From Thermoflexus sp. (GTDB lineage Bacteria > Chloroflexota > Anaerolineae > Thermoflexales > Thermoflexaceae), in contig JAGHYO010000001.1 of assembly GCA_017743605.1 (NCBI GenBank), positions 1-38,460 on the forward strand: a stretch of DNA of 38,460 bases. The letters are read 5' to 3'. The position numbers and the translations under genes are program-made. A model generated the notes under the pieces. That model saw nothing but the letters and a program-made list of their open reading frames with translations, was not told where the DNA came from and did not search any database. Each line of letters starts with the position of its first letter. Within the stretch, counting starts at the first letter, position 1. This document shows, piece by piece, positions 35,807-38,460 of this stretch.

Positions 35807-36006
35807 CGCAAAGGTCGCGGCGAAAGCTGCTCTTACCAAACATCCATCTTCTGTAGGAGGGGCTTTCGTCTCGAACCTCCGCCCTCGATCTGCGATGGGT
35901 CGCGGCGGAAGCCGCTCCTACCAAACATCGATCTTCTGTAGCAGGGGCTTCAGCCCCGAACCTCTGCCTTTGATGACGCAGGGTTCGCGGCGAAAGCCGC
36001 TCCTAC
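35728..36006. repeat. Tandem array of inverted GTAG-type REP pairs (REPIN/BIME-like), period about 85 bp
   Basis: TCGCGGCG(A/G)AAGCCGCTCCTAC-like arms end at 35749, 35836, 35921 and 36006. They alternate with TGTAGGAGGGGCTT..GCCCCGA-like arms at about 35765, 35852 and 35937. Confidence 0.85.
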
Positions 36007-36024
36007 GAGGAGGGAGGCGAACCG

Positions 36025-37509
36025 ATGGCGGAGTCTTTGATCTTTGAATATTCAGTCCCCGGCCGGCGAGGGGTGGAGCTGCCCGAGCCCGATGTCCCGG
36101 AGGCCCCCCTGCCGGAAGGGTTCCAGCGGACGGAGCTCCCGCTGCCGGAGGTCAGCGAGGTGGACGTCGTCCGCCACTTCCTCCGGCTCTCCCAGATGAA
36201 CTACGGGGTGGACAAGGGCTTCTACCCCTTGGGCTCCTGCACGATGAAATACAACCCTAAGATCAACGAGGAGGTGGCCCGCCTGCCTGGCTTCGGCCAT
36301 TTGCATCCCCATCAGGATCCGGAGACGGCGCAGGGCGCCCTGGCGCTGATGTATCACCTGCAGGAGTTCCTGAAGGAGATCGGGGGGTTCGCCGCGGTTT
36401 CCCTCCAGCCGGCGGCGGGCTCCCAGGGGGAGCTGGCTGGCATCCTGATGATCCGGGCTTACCATCGCGATCGTGGGGAGGGGAAGAAGCGGATCAAGAT
36501 GCTGATCCCCGACTCCGCCCATGGCACGAACCCGGCCTCCTCGGCGATGGCGGGCCTACAGGTGGTCAACATCCCCTCCGACCGGCGGGGGAACATCGAC
36601 CTGGACGCCCTGCGGAAGGAGTGCGATGAGACGGTGGCGGGGCTGATGATCACCAACCCCAACACCCTAGGCCTGTTCGATGAGAACTTGCTCGAGGCCA
36701 TCGACCTGGTTCACCGCTGCGGGGGGCTGATCTACGGGGATGGGGCCAACATGAACGCCCTGATGGGGATCTGCAAGCCCGGCGAGATGGGCTTCGACGT
36801 CATGCACTACAACCTCCACAAGACCTTCAGCACCCCCCACGGCGGCGGCGGCCCCGGGGCCGGCCCTGTCGGAGCCAGCGAGCGCCTGGCCCCCTATCTG
36901 CCCGGGCCCATCGTGGCTGTCGATCGGGAACGAACAGTGCAGCCGGACGAGCCGTTCTACACCTTCGTCTGGCCGGAGCGGAGCATCGGACGGGTGCGGG
37001 CTTTCCACGGCCACTTCGGGGTCTTCGTCCGCGCCTATACTTACATCCGGATGCACGGCCCGCGGCTGCGGGAAGTCTCCGAGGCGGCGGTCCTCAACGC
37101 CAATTACCTCCTCGCGCAGCTGCGGGGGATCTACCCGGTGCCCTACGACCGGCTCTGCAAGCACGAGTTCGTGATCATGGGGAAGGTCCCCGGCGCCTCC
37201 ATCCGGGCCCTGGACATCTCGAAGCGGTTGATGGATTACGGCTTCCACCCGCCGACGAACTACTTCCCGCTGATCGTCCCCGAAGCCCTGATGATCGAGC
37301 CGACGGAGACCGAGAGCAAGGCTGCCCTGGATGCCTTCGCCGAGGCGATGCGGCGCATTGCCGAGGAAGCCCGGGAGGACCCGGAGCGGCTGCAGCAGGC
37401 GCCGCACACCACTCCCGTCCGCAGGCTGGATGAGGCCCGGGCGGCCCGGAACCTGGTGCTACGGTACCTGCCTGCCTCGGCCTCACAACCCGCCTCCGAG
37501 CCGCGATAG
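36025..37509 (+). CDS. gcvPB: Glycine dehydrogenase (decarboxylating) subunit 2
   Basis: [24 protein letters not shown]-Lys motif [24 protein letters not shown]. Confidence 0.97.
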   Translation: MAESLIFEYSVPGRRGVELPEPDVPEAPLPEGFQRTELPLPEVSEVDVVRHFLRLSQMNYGVDKGFYPLGSCTMKYNPKINEEVARLPGFGHLHPHQDPETAQGALALMYHLQEFLKEIGGFAAVSLQPAAGSQGELAGILMIRAYHRDRGEGKKRIKMLIPDSAHGTNPASSAMAGLQVVNIPSDRRGNIDLDALRKECDETVAGLMITNPNTLGLFDENLLEAIDLVHRCGGLIYGDGANMNALMGICKPGEMGFDVMHYNLHKTFSTPHGGGGPGAGPVGASERLAPYLPGPIVAVDRERTVQPDEPFYTFVWPERSIGRVRAFHGHFGVFVRAYTYIRMHGPRLREVSEAAVLNANYLLAQLRGIYPVPYDRLCKHEFVIMGKVPGASIRALDISKRLMDYGFHPPTNYFPLIVPEALMIEPTETESKAALDAFAEAMRRIAEEAREDPERLQQAPHTTPVRRLDEARAARNLVLRYLPASASQPASEPR

Positions 37510-37579
37510 ACGGCGGGCGGACGGGGGGAGCGCGCTACAGGCGATGGGGTGTTGAGTGCGTCCCCATTTTCGGGTGGGG

Positions 37580-37648
37580 CGGGTGAGGGCCACGATGGGT
37601 GGGCGAGGGCGTTGCCCTCGCCCATCCCTTATTGCCCTCCCTCACCCG
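37580..37648. terminator. Nested GC-rich hairpin between convergent genes (terminator-like or REP-like)
   Basis: Inner TGGGCGAGGGC-gtt-GCCCTCGCCCA (37600-37624) and outer CGGGTGAGGG/CCCTCACCCG. There is no long U tract. Confidence 0.45.
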
Positions 37649-37892
37649 TGCGGTCCAACTGTGAGCCGTTGGCTTACGCCTGCCTGGGCTTCCAACAATC
37701 CAGGGACGCACCCCGCCGAGGGGGCGTGCCCCCCACTCGTAGAACAACGGCCCGCGGTTGCCCCGGAGCGGCCTGGTTAGACCCAATCGGGACACACCCT
37801 TCTGAGGCCGGAGGTTCGGACGCGCGCGGGGACACCGATGAGCCTCTCTCCTATCCCTGTCTCCGGCTTAAATCCTGCGGCCAGCCTCCCCA

Positions 37893-38460
37893 CTACTCCC
37901 GCAGCACCAGCGGCATGTAGAGCCGGAAGGAAGCGGCCTCTGCCCCCAAAACCCGCAAAATCACCGAACCGCCCGACCCATCTGCGACATAGGCATACGT
38001 CCCCGAGACTGCCACGCCTGTGGCATTCCCCGGTGTGTCATAGGAGCCCACTTCCCGCAGGGCACGGGGATCCGACCCATCAATCACCCGAAGGCCTCCA
38101 TCCGCTGCGTAGACATACCTCCCCCAGACCGCCACGCTCGGGGCCCACCCCAGCGTGTTGTAAAAACCTACCTCCTGAGGAGCAGAAGGATTTGACACAT
38201 CGATCACCCGAAGGCCCCTATGTGCATCCGCTACATAGGCATACGCCCCTGAGACCGCTACGCCTTCGGCCCACCCCGGCGTGTCATAGGAGCCCACCGC
38301 CCGCGGGGCACGGGGATCCGCCACATCGATCACCTGAAGGCCTGCCCACCCATCCGCCACATAGGCATACCTCCCCGAGACCGCCACGCCCCGGGCAAAC
38401 CCCGGCGTGTCATAGGAGCCCACCGCCCGCGGGGCACGGGGATCCGCCACATCGATCACC
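37893..38460 (-). CDS. C-terminal end of an LVIVD-repeat (beta-propeller) surface protein, 5'-truncated by window
   Basis: 42-aa repeats VAVSG.YAYVAD...GL.VIDV..P..P..VG.YDTPG; ends in LYMPLVLRE. Confidence 0.9.
   Translation of the reverse strand, partial: VIDVADPRAPRAVGSYDTPGFARGVAVSGRYAYVADGWAGLQVIDVADPRAPRAVGSYDTPGWAEGVAVSGAYAYVADAHRGLRVIDVSNPSAPQEVGFYNTLGWAPSVAVWGRYVYAADGGLRVIDGSDPRALREVGSYDTPGNATGVAVSGTYAYVADGSGGSVILRVLGAEAASFRLYMPLVLRE
37976..38460. repeat. Intragenic 120-126 bp tandem repeats
   Basis: 38275-38334 is identical to 38401-38460. Diverged copies start at 38149 and 38029. Confidence 0.9.

Noticed and set aside
35728-36006. CRISPR array
   Set aside because: The intervening sequences are near-copies of each other, the arms alternate in orientation, and no cas genes are present.

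Overview
GC-rich bacterial DNA, most likely Chloroflexota (Thermoflexus/Anaerolineae-like). This is inferred from the protein families, the NuoG insert and a C-terminal 'YMPLVLR' motif, not from a search. In order, the window holds: the 3' end of a Chloroflexi-type membrane/surface protein; a multi-TM HisKA_3 histidine kinase; a frameshifted PAP2 phosphatase; a metallo-beta-lactamase-fold hydrolase; two tandem FemABX peptidyl-transferases; an OmpR regulator; ffh-rpsP-khpA-rimM; and a complete nuoA-N complex I operon on the minus strand. After that come a partly decayed sulfur module (rhodanese, TusA-like protein, clade-D beta-carbonic anhydrase, SBP56 pseudogene), a polyprenol-phosphate mannose synthase, a methyltransferase, gcvH-gcvPA-gcvPB and the end of an LVIVD-repeat protein. 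The most unusual feature is that the complex I operon carries two co-oriented two-gene cassettes. An alpha/beta hydrolase plus V4R protein lies between nuoD and nuoE, and a small helical protein plus AbiEii/MenT-like nucleotidyltransferase toxin lies between nuoF and nuoG. Also notable are a GTAG-type REP tandem array partly absorbed into gcvPA, a second unrelated palindromic repeat between nuoN and ffh, and several clear promoter/operator architectures. All calls come from reading the sequence; no searches were run.
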